The position numbers were made by a program, and so were the translations under genes. Under the pieces are notes generated by a model, which was given only the letters and a program-made list of their open reading frames with translations, did not search any database and had not been told where the DNA came from. Positions 19,854 to 30,449 of a stretch of 64,000 bases of DNA are shown here, piece by piece. Numbering within the stretch: position 1 is the first letter of the stretch; each line of letters starts with the position of its first letter. The DNA comes from an uncultured delta proteobacterium (GTDB lineage: Bacteria > Desulfobacterota > Desulfobacteria > Desulfobacterales > UBA2156): positions 32,001-96,000 of the forward strand of contig CAVTQK010000006.1 in assembly GCA_963736855.1 (NCBI GenBank), written 5' to 3'.

Positions 19854-20222
19854 TTAGAACTTCAGACCCGCCTCTCTGGCAGCATCCGACACCGCTTTAA
19901 CACGGCCGTGATATAAAAAACCGTTTCGATCGAAAACAACCCGTTCAATCCCCTTTTCCAGAGCACGCCTCGCAATAAGCTTTCCAATGACGGCCGCCTT
20001 ACTGATCTTGCCGCCCGGATTGGGTGTAGTCTTAGCCTCTTTTTCCAAAGAGGACGCTGCTGCCAATGTGTTCCCCTGAGTATCGTCAACCAGCTGAGCG
20101 TAGATGTGATTGGCGCTTCGAAATACACACAGCCTCGGCCGATCCGAGTTCCCGAATATCTTTTTACGAATGCTCTTTTTCCTCTTCAACCTGGCCATTT
20201 TGGATGGATTGATGCGTCCCAT
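19854..20222 (-). CDS. rplR: 50S ribosomal protein L18
   Basis: [21 protein letters not shown]. Confidence 0.98.
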   Translation of the reverse strand: MGRINPSKMARLKRKKSIRKKIFGNSDRPRLCVFRSANHIYAQLVDDTQGNTLAAASSLEKEAKTTPNPGGKISKAAVIGKLIARRALEKGIERVVFDRNGFLYHGRVKAVSDAAREAGLKF

Positions 20223-20285
20223 ATCCTTATCCTGCTTTATGGATCTGTCGGTTATTTCCAGTGCGGTTGCGCCCGCGGTGAATTC

Positions 20286-20822
20286 CTACTTGGTACCCGT
20301 CTTCCCGGCTTTCAAGTGGAGGCGTTCTTCCGCATATTTGATCCCTTTGCCTTTGTAGGACTCGGGCGGCCGGATTCGTCGAATGGAAGCCGCCGTCTGT
20401 CCTAAAAGTTCTTTGTCGATCCCGGAAAGACGGATGATCGTGTTTCGATCCACAGATGCGGTTATGCCTTGCGGCAGATCGAACTGAACCGGATGAGAAA
20501 AGCCGAGGCTCATCTCCAGGCGGTTCCCATTCAAAGCCGCCCGGTAACCGATTCCATTGATTTCTAATACCCTCTCGAAGCCTTTCTCCACACCCGCGAT
20601 CATATTAAAAACGAGGCTGCGCGTGAGTCCCGAGAGGGCACGGCTGTCCTTTGCCTCCGATGTTTTAACCCGGATTTCCTTCTCCCCGATTTCCAGGCCC
20701 ACGTCCGGATGTATAGTCTTTTCAAGAGAACCTTTGGGTCCGTTTACCGTCAGGACCCGGTTCTTGTACACGACCTTGATTTTTGCGGATATCGGAATCG
20801 GTTTTTTTCCTACACGCGACAT
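20286..20822 (-). CDS. rplF: 50S ribosomal protein L6
   Basis: MSRVGKKPI, YKGKGIKY. Confidence 0.98.
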   Translation of the reverse strand: MSRVGKKPIPISAKIKVVYKNRVLTVNGPKGSLEKTIHPDVGLEIGEKEIRVKTSEAKDSRALSGLTRSLVFNMIAGVEKGFERVLEINGIGYRAALNGNRLEMSLGFSHPVQFDLPQGITASVDRNTIIRLSGIDKELLGQTAASIRRIRPPESYKGKGIKYAEERLHLKAGKTGTK

Positions 20823-20874
20823 TGTGGACTCCTCATCTCATTACTTTCAGGAGCAAACCCATTCTAATGGGTTG

Positions 20875-21273
20875 CTACCAGACCCTGCAAAGAATCTCTC
20901 CTCCCAGGTTCTCTTTCCTCGCCTTTTTGTCTGTCATCAGTCCTTTCGACGTGGAAACAACGGTAATACCCATGCCGTTCAAGACGGGTTTGATATCTTT
21001 ACTTTTGGAATAAATTCTTCTTCTGGGTTTGCTGACGCGCTCGATATTGAAGATGGCGCTGTTCCTCCCCGGACCGTACTTTAAATAGACCCGGATTACG
21101 CCCTGCTTGGTATCCTTGATGAACTTATAGTTCTTGATATACCCTTCTTCCTTGAGCACTTTTGCAATCTCGATTTTCAGCTTCGACCCCGGAATATCGA
21201 CACTCGAAAAGTTGGCTTTCACTGCGTTTCTGACCCGTGTCAGCATATCCGAAATCGGATCATTGATTGCCAT
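20875..21273 (-). CDS. rpsH: 30S ribosomal protein S8
   Basis: DPISDMLTRVRN, STSKG, GGEILC. Confidence 0.98.
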   Translation of the reverse strand: MAINDPISDMLTRVRNAVKANFSSVDIPGSKLKIEIAKVLKEEGYIKNYKFIKDTKQGVIRVYLKYGPGRNSAIFNIERVSKPRRRIYSKSKDIKPVLNGMGITVVSTSKGLMTDKKARKENLGGEILCRVW

Positions 21274-21356
21274 ATCGTTCTCCGTTTTAATTCCTTGATA
21301 TTATCGTTAGACCGCCACCGTGAATTCCGTTCCTCGATCTTCCAGAATGCATTGTT

Positions 21357-21542
21357 TTACCAACTGGATTTGATCACGCCCGGCAAAAGCCCCTGGGACG
21401 CAAAATTACGAAAGCAGATCCGGCAGGTGCCGAATTTACGAATATAACCTCTGGACCTGCCGCAGATGGGACAACGATTATAAGTCCTTACCTTGAACTT
21501 GGGCTCCCGAGTCGCTTTGATTCTAAGGGATTTTTTCGCCAA
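21357..21542 (-). CDS. rpsN: 30S ribosomal protein S14 type Z (61 aa)
   Basis: [10 protein letters not shown]...CRICFR; TTG start after GGAGG. Confidence 0.96.
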   Translation of the reverse strand: MAKKSLRIKATREPKFKVRTYNRCPICGRSRGYIRKFGTCRICFRNFASQGLLPGVIKSSW

Positions 21543-21573
21543 ATCTTCCTCCTTGAAATCCGGAATCGAACGG

Positions 21574-22113
21574 TTAATTTCTGAATGGCATACCCATGAG
21601 ACGGAGCAGTTCCTTACCCTCCTCGTCCGTCCTTGCCGTGGTGACAACGCTGATGTTGAGGCCTTTGATCTTTTCGATCTTGTCGTAATCGATCTCGGGG
21701 AATATAATGTGTTCCCGAACCCCCAGAGAATAATTTCCGCTCCCGTCAAAAGCTTTTGAAGATAGTCCCTTGAAATCGCGGACCCGGGGCAGGGCCACAT
21801 TCACCAGTTTGCTATAAAAGTCGTACATCCTGTCCCTTCGAAGCGTGACCATGCAACCGATGGGCATTCCGGCCCTAAGTTTGAATGCCGCGATGGATTT
21901 CTTGGCTCGGGTAATCACCGGCCGCTGACCGGAAAGACCTTGAAGTTCCTCTACAGCACTATCCAAAAGTTTCATATTTTGGGAGGCCTCTCCCAACCCC
22001 ATGTTCAGCACGATCTTTTCCAGTCGCGGAACTTGCATGACATTCTTGTAGTTGAAGATCTTGATGAGCTGGGGAACGACTTCCTGTCGGTAGTATATTT
22101 CAAGCTGTGTCAT
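21574..22113 (-). CDS. rplE: 50S ribosomal protein L5
   Basis: [26 protein letters not shown]. Confidence 0.98.
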   Translation of the reverse strand: MTQLEIYYRQEVVPQLIKIFNYKNVMQVPRLEKIVLNMGLGEASQNMKLLDSAVEELQGLSGQRPVITRAKKSIAAFKLRAGMPIGCMVTLRRDRMYDFYSKLVNVALPRVRDFKGLSSKAFDGSGNYSLGVREHIIFPEIDYDKIEKIKGLNISVVTTARTDEEGKELLRLMGMPFRN

Positions 22114-22131
22114 CCCTGACCCCGATTCCTC

Positions 22132-22458
22132 TTAATGATCCATCAGTTCGCCACACTTGCGGCAAACTCGTACTTTTTTTCCGTCGTCGAGTTGCTTCGT
22201 TTTAACCCGAACCGTCGCCAGACATTTATCGCACATCACCATCACATTGGACCAATGAACGGATGCTTCCATCTCCACGATCCCACCCTGTCGCTGCTTT
22301 GCCGAGGGTCGCGTGTGACGCTTAACCTTGTTGACATTTTCAACAAGGATACGATCTTTTTTCCGGTTCACCTTTAGGACCTTACCGATCTTACCGCGGT
22401 CTTTTCCGACGATCACTTTGACCTTGTCATCCTTCTTGATTCGGCATCTATCCCTCAT
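22132..22458 (-). CDS. rplX: 50S ribosomal protein L24
   Basis: KOW motif [22 protein letters not shown]. Confidence 0.97.
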   Translation of the reverse strand: MRDRCRIKKDDKVKVIVGKDRGKIGKVLKVNRKKDRILVENVNKVKRHTRPSAKQRQGGIVEMEASVHWSNVMVMCDKCLATVRVKTKQLDDGKKVRVCRKCGELMDH

Positions 22459-22523
22459 TGCTCATCCGATCTCCATTGCCTTTTTAACCATCGTTTTCAT
22501 CGATTCCCGAGCCGATATCCTAT

Positions 22524-22892
22524 TCACAAGACCTCCGGTGCCAAAGAAATGATCTTCATGAACCGCTTGGCCCGAAGCTCCCTGGCTACGGGACCGAATA
22601 TCCGAGTTCCGATCGGCTCTTTACTTGCATTGATCAAAACCGCCGAATTGTCATCGAATCGGATGAAGGATCCGTCCGGTCTGCGAACCGCCTTTTTGGT
22701 CCTCACCACCACCGCCTTGAGCACGTCTCCTTTTTTGACCTTGGCATTGGGAATGGCCTCTTTGACGGATACGACAATGATATCGCCCACTCGTGCATAT
22801 CTCCTTCTCGAGCCGCCAAGGACCTTGACACAATATAAAATTTTGGCCCCGGAATTATCTGCCGCCGTTAACCTGGTTTCTGTCTGAATCAT
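22524..22892 (-). CDS. rplN: 50S ribosomal protein L14
   Basis: [26 protein letters not shown]. Confidence 0.98.
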   Translation of the reverse strand: MIQTETRLTAADNSGAKILYCVKVLGGSRRRYARVGDIIVVSVKEAIPNAKVKKGDVLKAVVVRTKKAVRRPDGSFIRFDDNSAVLINASKEPIGTRIFGPVARELRAKRFMKIISLAPEVL

Positions 22893-22914
22893 TTCCCTAT
22901 CTTCCTCACATGGA

Positions 22915-23172
22915 TCACACGGCTTTTTTAACGATGGAGCTGACTCGCCATTTTTTGGTTTTGCTCAGGGGTCTCGACTCGGTGATGAGCACCTTGTCTC
23001 CTACCCGGCAGGCATTCTCTTCATCATGAGCTGAAAATTTGGCATGCCTGCGAACGTACTTTTTATACAACGGGTGCATCACCAGGCGTTCCACCTTGAC
23101 GATGACCGTTTTATTCATTTTGTCGCTGACTACGGTCCCGATGATCTGTCGTTTCATCCCTCGATTTTTCAT
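22915..23172 (-). CDS. rpsQ: 30S ribosomal protein S17
   Basis: [22 protein letters not shown]. Confidence 0.98.
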   Translation of the reverse strand: MKNRGMKRQIIGTVVSDKMNKTVIVKVERLVMHPLYKKYVRRHAKFSAHDEENACRVGDKVLITESRPLSKTKKWRVSSIVKKAV

Positions 23173-23186
23173 TCCGGCTTCTCGTG

Positions 23187-23390
23187 TTAATTTTCGTTTT
23201 TCAATGATGCTGTTTCCCGAATGATCGTCCGGATTCGGGCGATGTCCCGCCGAGTCTGTTGAATCCGCTTCGGATTTTCGAGTTGCCCGATCTCGTGCTG
23301 AAAGCGCAGGTTGAAGAGGGCTTCCGTCAACTCGTTCATCTTGCGATGTTGTTCTTCCGGGCTCAACTCCCGGATCTCACTGGCCTTCAT
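23187..23390 (-). CDS. rpmC: 50S ribosomal protein L29
   Basis: [16 protein letters not shown]. Confidence 0.97.
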   Translation of the reverse strand: MKASEIRELSPEEQHRKMNELTEALFNLRFQHEIGQLENPKRIQQTRRDIARIRTIIRETASLKNEN

Positions 23391-23803
23391 TAATCCTCTT
23401 CCCTTTCAATGAATCTGGTTTTGACCGACAACTTGAAGGCAGCCAGACGCAAGGCCTCCATGGCCACATCCCGGGAAACCCCTTCCATTTCATACAGAAT
23501 TCTTCCGGGACGCACGATGGCGGTCCATCCCTCCGGGATCCCTTTGCCGCTTCCCATCCGGGTTTCCGCCGGTTTCTTGGTGACCGGCTTATCCGGGAAA
23601 ATCCGGATCCAAATCTTTCCGCCTCTTTTGGCCCGTCGGGTCATGGCGATCCGTGCCGCTTCGATCTGCCTAGCCGATATCGCACCGCACTCCATCGTCT
23701 GGAGACCGTATTTGCCGAAAGCCAAGGTAGATCCTCTCAGGGCCTTCCCTCTCATTCTCCCCTTTTGCTGCTTACGAAATTTGACCTTTTTCGGGCTGAG
23801 CAT
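23390..23803 (-). CDS. rplP: 50S ribosomal protein L16
   Basis: [20 protein letters not shown]. Confidence 0.98.
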   Translation of the reverse strand: MLSPKKVKFRKQQKGRMRGKALRGSTLAFGKYGLQTMECGAISARQIEAARIAMTRRAKRGGKIWIRIFPDKPVTKKPAETRMGSGKGIPEGWTAIVRPGRILYEMEGVSRDVAMEALRLAAFKLSVKTRFIEREED

Positions 23804-23815
23804 CGAACGTGTCTC

Positions 23816-24466
23816 CTATGCCTCCATCACGGACTGCTCTTTTTTAAGGACCTCTCCGTGGAAAATGAACACTTTCACCCCAATGATCCCGTGGGTGGTC
23901 TTGGACTGGGTGAAGCCGTAATCGATATCCGCTCTTAAGGTATGAAGAGGGATTCTTCCTTCCTTGTACCATTCCGTCCTGGCCATTTCTGCGCCGGCCA
24001 GACGCCCCGAGCAGATGATCTTGATCCCTTTGGCTCCGAAGCGCATGGCAGAGGATACACTGCGCTTCATCGCCCGGCGAAAAGCTACCCGCCTTTCGAT
24101 CTGAAGGGCCACATTTTCAGCCACCAACTGCGCATTAATCTCGGGTTTCCGAACCTCTTGGATGTCTATGAGGATTTCGGAGGGCACAAGGGCTTCCAGC
24201 TCCTTCTTAAGCTGAGCGATCTCTGCGCCTTTCTTCCCGATGACGATCCCGGGCCGGGATGTATGAATTCTCAGTCGAATCCGGTTGGAAGCTCTTTCAA
24301 TTTCGACCTTTGATATACCTGCATGAAAAAGCTTCTTCTTGACGAAATTTCGGATTTTGTGGTCTTCAAGGACATAATCGGCGTAATTCTTGCCGCCATA
24401 CCATCTCGAGTCCCATGTCTTGATGATCCCCAGCCTCAAGCCGATCGGATTGACTTTTTGGCCCAA
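23816..24466 (-). CDS. rpsC: 30S ribosomal protein S3
   Basis: [26 protein letters not shown] start. Confidence 0.98.
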   Translation of the reverse strand: MGQKVNPIGLRLGIIKTWDSRWYGGKNYADYVLEDHKIRNFVKKKLFHAGISKVEIERASNRIRLRIHTSRPGIVIGKKGAEIAQLKKELEALVPSEILIDIQEVRKPEINAQLVAENVALQIERRVAFRRAMKRSVSSAMRFGAKGIKIICSGRLAGAEMARTEWYKEGRIPLHTLRADIDYGFTQSKTTHGIIGVKVFIFHGEVLKKEQSVMEA

Positions 24467-24480
24467 TGCGTTCCTCCCTG

Positions 24481-24819
24481 CTATATCGACTTTTCGGTCA
24501 AATGAACCGTAATATGGGCGGTTCGTTTCAGGATCCGAACCCCCCGACCCCTCGCCTTTGCGCGGAACCGTTTCAATGTCGGTCCGGAATCGGCTGTGAT
24601 ATTTTGAATCACCAGCTTATCCACATCCAGGTCGGCCCTTTGATTCGCATTGGCGACGGCGCTGCGGATGACTTTTTCCACCAATTCGGCACCCTTCTGT
24701 GGCATGAATTTAAGCGCTTCCAGTCCGGCTTGAACCGGTTTTCCTTTTAAATCTCCGATCAGCTTGCGCACCTTGATCGGAGAGATATGCACATATTTGG
24801 CTTTTGCTTTTACTTCCAC
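24481..24819 (-). CDS. rplV: 50S ribosomal protein L22
   Basis: [20 protein letters not shown]. Confidence 0.97.
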   Translation of the reverse strand: MEVKAKAKYVHISPIKVRKLIGDLKGKPVQAGLEALKFMPQKGAELVEKVIRSAVANANQRADLDVDKLVIQNITADSGPTLKRFRAKARGRGVRILKRTAHITVHLTEKSI

Positions 24820-24899
24820 TTTCTACGTTCCTTTTTTCATCGCTGGGTGCACATCAATCCTATCTGCTCTGTATGTACTTCGCTGCAAATTCTGGATAG

Positions 24900-25181
24900 T
24901 TACTTCTTGATGGCTGTTTTCTTATTTCCGGAATGCCCGAAAAACGTTCGAGTGGGAGAAAATTCTCCCAGCTTATGGCCCACCATATTCTCCGATATGA
25001 AAACGGGAATAAACTTTTTACCGTTGTGCACCGCGAGCGTGATGCCGACCATTTCAGGAACGATCGTGGATCGCCTGGACCATGTCTTGATCACACGGTT
25101 GCTTCGGCTCTCCTGGGCCTGCATGACCTTTTTCATAACCTTAGGCTCGATATAAGGGCCTTTTTTTATGGAACGCGGCAT
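24900..25181 (-). CDS. rpsS: 30S ribosomal protein S19
   Basis: [19 protein letters not shown]. Confidence 0.98.
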   Translation of the reverse strand: MPRSIKKGPYIEPKVMKKVMQAQESRSNRVIKTWSRRSTIVPEMVGITLAVHNGKKFIPVFISENMVGHKLGEFSPTRTFFGHSGNKKTAIKK

Positions 25182-25245
25182 AATGTCTCCTATAAACCCC
25201 AGCCTCCCTCTCTGACCAGGGAAACCATTAAGGGCCTCTTGGGGG

Positions 25246-26073
25246 CTATTTCTTTTTCCGACTCTTTACGATATATTGATTACTCATTTTATTCTTCCGG
25301 GTATTGTACCCCTTGGTGGGTTTTCCCCACGGGGTACAAGGATGACGACCGCCTGAAGATTTCCCTTCTCCGCCTCCCATAGGATGATCCACAGGGTTCA
25401 TGGCCACCCCTCGAACCCGAGGCCGCCAACCCATCCATCGTTTCCGGCCGGCTTTTCCTATAGAAAGGTTTGCATGTTCCACATTTCCCAGTTGACCAAT
25501 AGTAGCCTTGCATTCCAAAAGAATCTTCCTGAGTTCCCCGGAAGGAAGCTTCACCAAAGCATAAGGCGCCTCTTTGGCCATGAGTTGGGCATAGGTGCCG
25601 GCACTGCGAACGATCTGCCCCCCTTTTCCTATACGCATTTCGATATTGTGGATCTGGGTTCCCAGAGGAATATTTTTCAAAGGCAAGGCGTTTCCCGGTT
25701 TGATATCCGCGTCCGGGCCTGAAACCACCACATCATCGACAGCCATATTCTGGGGAGCCAGAATATACCGCTTTTCTCCATCTGCATAATAAAGCAGGGC
25801 AATTCTGACACTCCGGTTCGGATCGTACTCAATGGCCGCCACCTTTGCCGGGATATTTATTTTATCCCTCTTGAAATCGATGATCCGATAGCGCTGCTTG
25901 TGGCCAGCTCCCCTATGCCGGCTGGTGATCCTCCCATAAACGTTGCGCCCGCCGCTTTCTTTGAGCTTTACTGTGAGTCGCTTTTCCGGTCGTTCCTTGG
26001 TAACCTCTTGAAAATCCGAATAGGTCTGGAATCGTCTGCCGGGTGATGTCGGATTTTTCTTTTTCAGCGCCAT
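25246..26073 (-). CDS. rplB: 50S ribosomal protein L2
   Basis: [24 protein letters not shown]. Confidence 0.98.
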   Translation of the reverse strand: MALKKKNPTSPGRRFQTYSDFQEVTKERPEKRLTVKLKESGGRNVYGRITSRHRGAGHKQRYRIIDFKRDKINIPAKVAAIEYDPNRSVRIALLYYADGEKRYILAPQNMAVDDVVVSGPDADIKPGNALPLKNIPLGTQIHNIEMRIGKGGQIVRSAGTYAQLMAKEAPYALVKLPSGELRKILLECKATIGQLGNVEHANLSIGKAGRKRWMGWRPRVRGVAMNPVDHPMGGGEGKSSGGRHPCTPWGKPTKGYNTRKNKMSNQYIVKSRKKK

Positions 26074-26151
26074 CTTCCTTCCTCGCTGCTGTTCTTATCG
26101 AAACCGTCTTTCAGATCCTGCCGTCTTTTTTCTGCGCGGTGATTAACACGA

Positions 26152-26439
26152 TCATGCGCCCTCAAATATATCAATTCGCTCTCCGGGAGCCAACGTCACG
26201 ATCGCTTTCTTCCAATTCTTGCGTTTTCCCACTATTCGCCCCCGTCGCTTGACCTTGCCTCTTACATGCGCGGTGCAAACCCCGGTCACTTTCACCTTGA
26301 AAATGTTCTCCACGGCGCGATGTATTTCGATCCGATTAGCATCCGGATCCACCTCGAAGGTGACCTGGTTGGCCTTCTCCTTCTGAAGAGTCGTCTTTTC
26401 GCTGACGACTGGTCGCTTGATGATGTCATACCCGGTCAT
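26152..26439 (-). CDS. rplW: 50S ribosomal protein L23
   Basis: [14 protein letters not shown]. Confidence 0.97.
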   Translation of the reverse strand: MTGYDIIKRPVVSEKTTLQKEKANQVTFEVDPDANRIEIHRAVENIFKVKVTGVCTAHVRGKVKRRGRIVGKRKNWKKAIVTLAPGERIDIFEGA

Positions 26440-27059
26440 GGCAAGAGTCTCCCTTGAATCCCCGAGATGGAAGCTTCTAACAGAATAAGCGTCTGGTGCT
26501 TCAACACATCGTATACGTTGAGGCCTTCCACCCTCAGGATCTTCACATCCGGAACATTTCTGGACGACCGTTCCAGGGTTTCATTTTTTTGGTCGGTAAT
26601 GATCAAGGCGTTCTTCACATTGAGTCCCTTAAGGGCCTTGACAAAATCCCGTGTCTTGATGCGGGGCAGGCCGAATTGGTCAAGAACCAATAGGGAGTCC
26701 TCTTTGAGCTTATCGCTTAGCGCCATCTTCAGAGCCAGCTTCCTGATCTTTTTAGGTAGCATAAACCGATACGAGCGGTCGTCCGGGCCGAAGATCACCC
26801 CTCCCCCTCTCAAAAGCGGAGACTTGATATCGCCGCGGCGGGCTCTTCCGGTGCCTTTCTGACGATAGAGTTTCCGGGTGCTGCCGCTCACATCGTGGCG
26901 ATGCTTCACCGATGCCGTCTGAGACCGTCGGTTGGCAAGCTGCATGGTCACCACCTGGTGCAAGACCTCGGCCTTTACCGGTACGTTGAAAATGGCATCC
27001 GGGAGCTCGACTTTGGAAACCGCTTCTCCATTGATATTTCTGACATCTAAAACCGCCAT
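26436..27059 (-). CDS. rplD: 50S ribosomal protein L4
   Basis: [19 protein letters not shown]. Confidence 0.98.
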   Translation of the reverse strand: MAVLDVRNINGEAVSKVELPDAIFNVPVKAEVLHQVVTMQLANRRSQTASVKHRHDVSGSTRKLYRQKGTGRARRGDIKSPLLRGGGVIFGPDDRSYRFMLPKKIRKLALKMALSDKLKEDSLLVLDQFGLPRIKTRDFVKALKGLNVKNALIITDQKNETLERSSRNVPDVKILRVEGLNVYDVLKHQTLILLEASISGIQGRLLP

Positions 27060-27132
27060 GTTTATCCTCGCTTTAGAGCCTCCCGTTTCGGCCTATCGGC
27101 ATCCCGCCAACGGGGGCGACGATCGATTCCCT

Positions 27133-27765
27133 TCATCGGGGCCGGCGTGCCTTATAAATTTCCACCAACCCGGATATGGGCCCGGGCACAGCCCCTTTCA
27201 AAAAAAGGAGATGATCATTAACCCTGACTTCCACAATCTCCAGGTTTCGAATTGTTCTTCTCTCATTTCCGAAACGGCCTGGGAGTTTTTTCCCTTTAAT
27301 TACCCGGGAAGGCCATGCACTGGATCCGACGGATCCGGGCGGACGTTCATTATGACTCCCGTGGGTCTTGGGTCCCCGATGAAAGCCGTGTCGCTTGATG
27401 GTTCCCGCAAATCCTCTTCCTTTGGTAGTCCCGGCAACGTTCACTCGCTCCCCCACTTGAAACAGATCCGGTCCTATCTCCTGCCCGAGCTGATACCCGC
27501 TCGGATCATCCACCGGGAACTCCTTCAGATGAACGAATCCTTTTCCGCCGCTTTTTAGGAAATGCCCCTTCTGCGGCCGGTTCACTTTGGTCTCCTTTTT
27601 TGGGCCGAACCCTATCTGTACGGCATTGTAACCGTCTCTGGCCATGGTCTTGATCTGGGTAATGACACACGGACCTGTTTGGATGACGGTAATCGGTATC
27701 ATCGCTCCGTCGGAAGTAAAAAGGCCCGTCATTCCCAACTTCTTTCCCAACATACCTTTACTCAT
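27133..27765 (-). CDS. rplC: 50S ribosomal protein L3
   Basis: GKKLGMT, KGRGFAGTIKRH, KGAVPG. Confidence 0.98.
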   Translation of the reverse strand: MSKGMLGKKLGMTGLFTSDGAMIPITVIQTGPCVITQIKTMARDGYNAVQIGFGPKKETKVNRPQKGHFLKSGGKGFVHLKEFPVDDPSGYQLGQEIGPDLFQVGERVNVAGTTKGRGFAGTIKRHGFHRGPKTHGSHNERPPGSVGSSAWPSRVIKGKKLPGRFGNERRTIRNLEIVEVRVNDHLLFLKGAVPGPISGLVEIYKARRPR

Positions 27766-27819
27766 ATTATGATCCCTGTTTTTCGAGTGGTCCGCGATCG
27801 CCGCCGTCTTTTCGAGTCT

Positions 27820-28134
27820 TTAAAGTTTGATCTCCACATCCACACCGGGCGATAGATCCAGCTTCATCAAGGCATCCACCGTCTGCTGCGTCGGATCAAC
27901 AATGTCAAGAAGGCGCTTGTGCGTCCGCACCTCAAATTGCTCTCTCGATTTTTTATCAATATGGGGAGATCTCAAGACACAGTATTTGTTGATCCGGGTG
28001 GGGAGCGGAATCGGGCCCACCACCTTAGCCCCCGTCTTGTTCGCCGTATCCACGATATCCAGCGTCGCCTGGTCCAAAAGCTTGTGATCGTATGCCCTAA
28101 GTCTGATCCTAATTTTGGTGCCCATCATGTCCAT
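27820..28134 (-). CDS. rpsJ: 30S ribosomal protein S10
   Basis: [22 protein letters not shown]. Confidence 0.98.
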   Translation of the reverse strand: MDMMGTKIRIRLRAYDHKLLDQATLDIVDTANKTGAKVVGPIPLPTRINKYCVLRSPHIDKKSREQFEVRTHKRLLDIVDPTQQTVDALMKLDLSPGVDVEIKL

Positions 28135-28146
28135 CTTCTTTCCGAC

Positions 28147-29340
28147 TTATTCCAAAATTTCGCTGACGACGCCGGCGCCCACGGTGCGGCCCCCTTCCCG
28201 AATCGCAAACCGAAGCTCCTTCTCCATCGCAATCGGCGTAATCAACTCCGCCACAATCGCCACGTTGTCCCCAGGCATCACCATCTCCACACCCTCAGGC
28301 AATACCAACGACCCCGTTACATCCGTCGTCCGAAAATAAAACTGCGGCCGATACCCCGAAAAAAACGGCGTGTGCCGACCCCCCTCCTCCTTACTCAATA
28401 CGTAAACCTCCGCCTTAAACCTCCTGTGCGGCTTGATCGACCCGGGTACCGCTATCACCTGCCCCCGCTCCACTTCCTCACGCTTCGTCCCCCGCAACAA
28501 CAACCCCACATTGTCCCCAGCTCGACCCTCATCCAATAACTTCCGAAACATCTCTACACCCGTACATACCGTCTTCACCGTCGGACGAATCCCTACAATC
28601 TCTACCTCATCCCCTACCTTGACCACCCCACGATCCACACGACCCGTCACCACCGTCCCACGACCCGATATGCTGAAAACATCCTCTATCGGCATCAAAA
28701 ACGGCTTCTCTATATCCCGCTGCGGCTCCGGTATGTAACTGTCTATCGCATCCATTAACTCAAATATACACTTGGCATCCGCACTGCCCGGATCATCACT
28801 CTCCAACGCCTTCAATGCACTCCCACGAATAATCGGCGTCTCATCCCCAGAAAATTCATACTTGTCCAATAACTCCCTTAACTCCAACTCCACTAACTCA
28901 ATCAACTCCGGATCATCTACCATGTCACACTTGTTCAAAAATACCACAATCCGCGGTACCCCTACCTGACGCGCTAATAAAATATGCTCCCGAGTCTGCG
29001 GCATCGGCCCATCATCCGCACCTACAACCAGTATCGCCCCATCCATCTGCGCCGCACCCGTAATCATATTCTTAATGTAATCCGCATGCCCAGGACAATC
29101 TACATGCGCATAATGCCGCTTCGCTGTCTCATACTCCACATGCGCCGTCGCAATCGTGATCCCCCGCGCCTTCTCCTCCGGCGCCTTGTCAATCTGATCA
29201 AACGGCACATACTCCGCTAAACCCTTCTTCGCTAACTGCTTCGTAATCGCCGCCGTTAACGTCGTCTTCCCATGATCAATATGCCCAATCGTCCCTACAT
29301 TCACATGCGGCTTCGTCCGCTCAAACTTTACCTTCGCCAT
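28147..29340 (-). CDS. tuf: elongation factor Tu (intact copy)
   Basis: [21 protein letters not shown]; 397 aa. Confidence 0.99.
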   Translation of the reverse strand: MAKVKFERTKPHVNVGTIGHIDHGKTTLTAAITKQLAKKGLAEYVPFDQIDKAPEEKARGITIATAHVEYETAKRHYAHVDCPGHADYIKNMITGAAQMDGAILVVGADDGPMPQTREHILLARQVGVPRIVVFLNKCDMVDDPELIELVELELRELLDKYEFSGDETPIIRGSALKALESDDPGSADAKCIFELMDAIDSYIPEPQRDIEKPFLMPIEDVFSISGRGTVVTGRVDRGVVKVGDEVEIVGIRPTVKTVCTGVEMFRKLLDEGRAGDNVGLLLRGTKREEVERGQVIAVPGSIKPHRRFKAEVYVLSKEEGGRHTPFFSGYRPQFYFRTTDVTGSLVLPEGVEMVMPGDNVAIVAELITPIAMEKELRFAIREGGRTVGAGVVSEILE

Positions 29341-29366
29341 CTCACACTCCTCCCTGGGATGATAAC

Positions 29367-29837
29367 TTACCAGCGATAATGGGCAAATGCCTTGTTGGCT
29401 TCGGCCATTTTGTGCGTATCTTCTTTCTTTTTGACGGATGCCCCTCTTTGGCTCGCCGCGTCCATCAATTCTCCCGCTAATTTTTTGGCCATCCCTTTTT
29501 CAGACCGGCTCCGTGCATAGCTGATAATCCATCTAATCCCCAGCGCCGCACGCCTTGACGAGCGGATTTCTGTTGGAACCTGGTAGGTCGAACCACCAAC
29601 TCTTCTCGATTTTACCTCGATGATCGGTTTAACATTCTCGATGGCCTGCTCAAAAATCTTCATGGGCGATTCATTGACCTTCTTTTCGATCATCTCAAAC
29701 GCACTGTAAAGAATCGATTCAGCAGTGCTCTTTTTTCCGTCTTTCATCAGAGCGTTGATGAACCGGGCTACAAGCTTGCTATCGTAACTGGGATCGGCGA
29801 CGGTGTCCCTTATCGGAACTTCTCTTCTCCTGGGCAT
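29367..29837 (-). CDS. rpsG: 30S ribosomal protein S7
   Basis: [25 protein letters not shown]. Confidence 0.98.
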   Translation of the reverse strand: MPRRREVPIRDTVADPSYDSKLVARFINALMKDGKKSTAESILYSAFEMIEKKVNESPMKIFEQAIENVKPIIEVKSRRVGGSTYQVPTEIRSSRRAALGIRWIISYARSRSEKGMAKKLAGELMDAASQRGASVKKKEDTHKMAEANKAFAHYRW

Positions 29838-29910
29838 ATAAGTTTCCTACTTATCTTTCATCTCTTTCTTCGGTTTTCGTATCAAACCACAACCTTCCCT
29901 ATCTTCAAGA

Positions 29911-30282
29911 TTACTTCGGCTTTTTTGCCCCATATTTAGATCGGCCTTTCTTCCGATCTTCGACCCCGAGCGTGTCCAAGGTCCCTCGGATGACATGGTA
30001 TCGCACGCCCGGAAGATCCTTAACCCTCCCGCCTCGCACCAGGACAACGGAGTGCTCTTGGAGATTGTGTCCGATGCCCGGAATATAAGCGGTAACCTCA
30101 GTTCCACTTGTCAGCCTTACCCTTGCTACCTTTCTCAGTGCTGAGTTGGGCTTTTTAGGTGTCGAGGTATAGACCCGGGTGCATACCCCACGTTTCTGAG
30201 GTGCTCCTTTCAGAGCCGGGGTGGTGATTTTTCTTCTGGCCCTCTTTCTGCCTTTTCGAATCAGTTGATTGATGGTCGGCAT
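29911..30282 (-). CDS. rpsL: 30S ribosomal protein S12
   Basis: [26 protein letters not shown]. Confidence 0.98.
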   Translation of the reverse strand: MPTINQLIRKGRKRARRKITTPALKGAPQKRGVCTRVYTSTPKKPNSALRKVARVRLTSGTEVTAYIPGIGHNLQEHSVVLVRGGRVKDLPGVRYHVIRGTLDTLGVEDRKKGRSKYGAKKPK

Positions 30283-30383
30283 GAGATCCCTTTCGTCTTC
30301 GATTAAAATCCGGCAACGCCCGCGATTTCGGCACTCTTGCGACCGTACCGGATTATTCGACAAGTTTAATTATAAAAATTCAG

Positions 30384-30412
30384 AAGTTAGCTTGCTAACA
30401 GATAATTGTCAA
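30384..30412 (-). promoter_or_regulatory. putative sigma70 promoter of the str/S10 cluster
   Basis: TTGACA-17 nt-TAACTT between rpoC and rpsL. Confidence 0.6.
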
Positions 30413-30449
30413 GTCTTATTATTGTTTAAAATCCTTTCCTTCCGCCTTT

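Noticed and set aside
21543..21800. N-terminal extension of S14 in the ORF track
   Set aside because: Overlaps rplE in another frame; the real start is TTG at 21542 with GGAGG.
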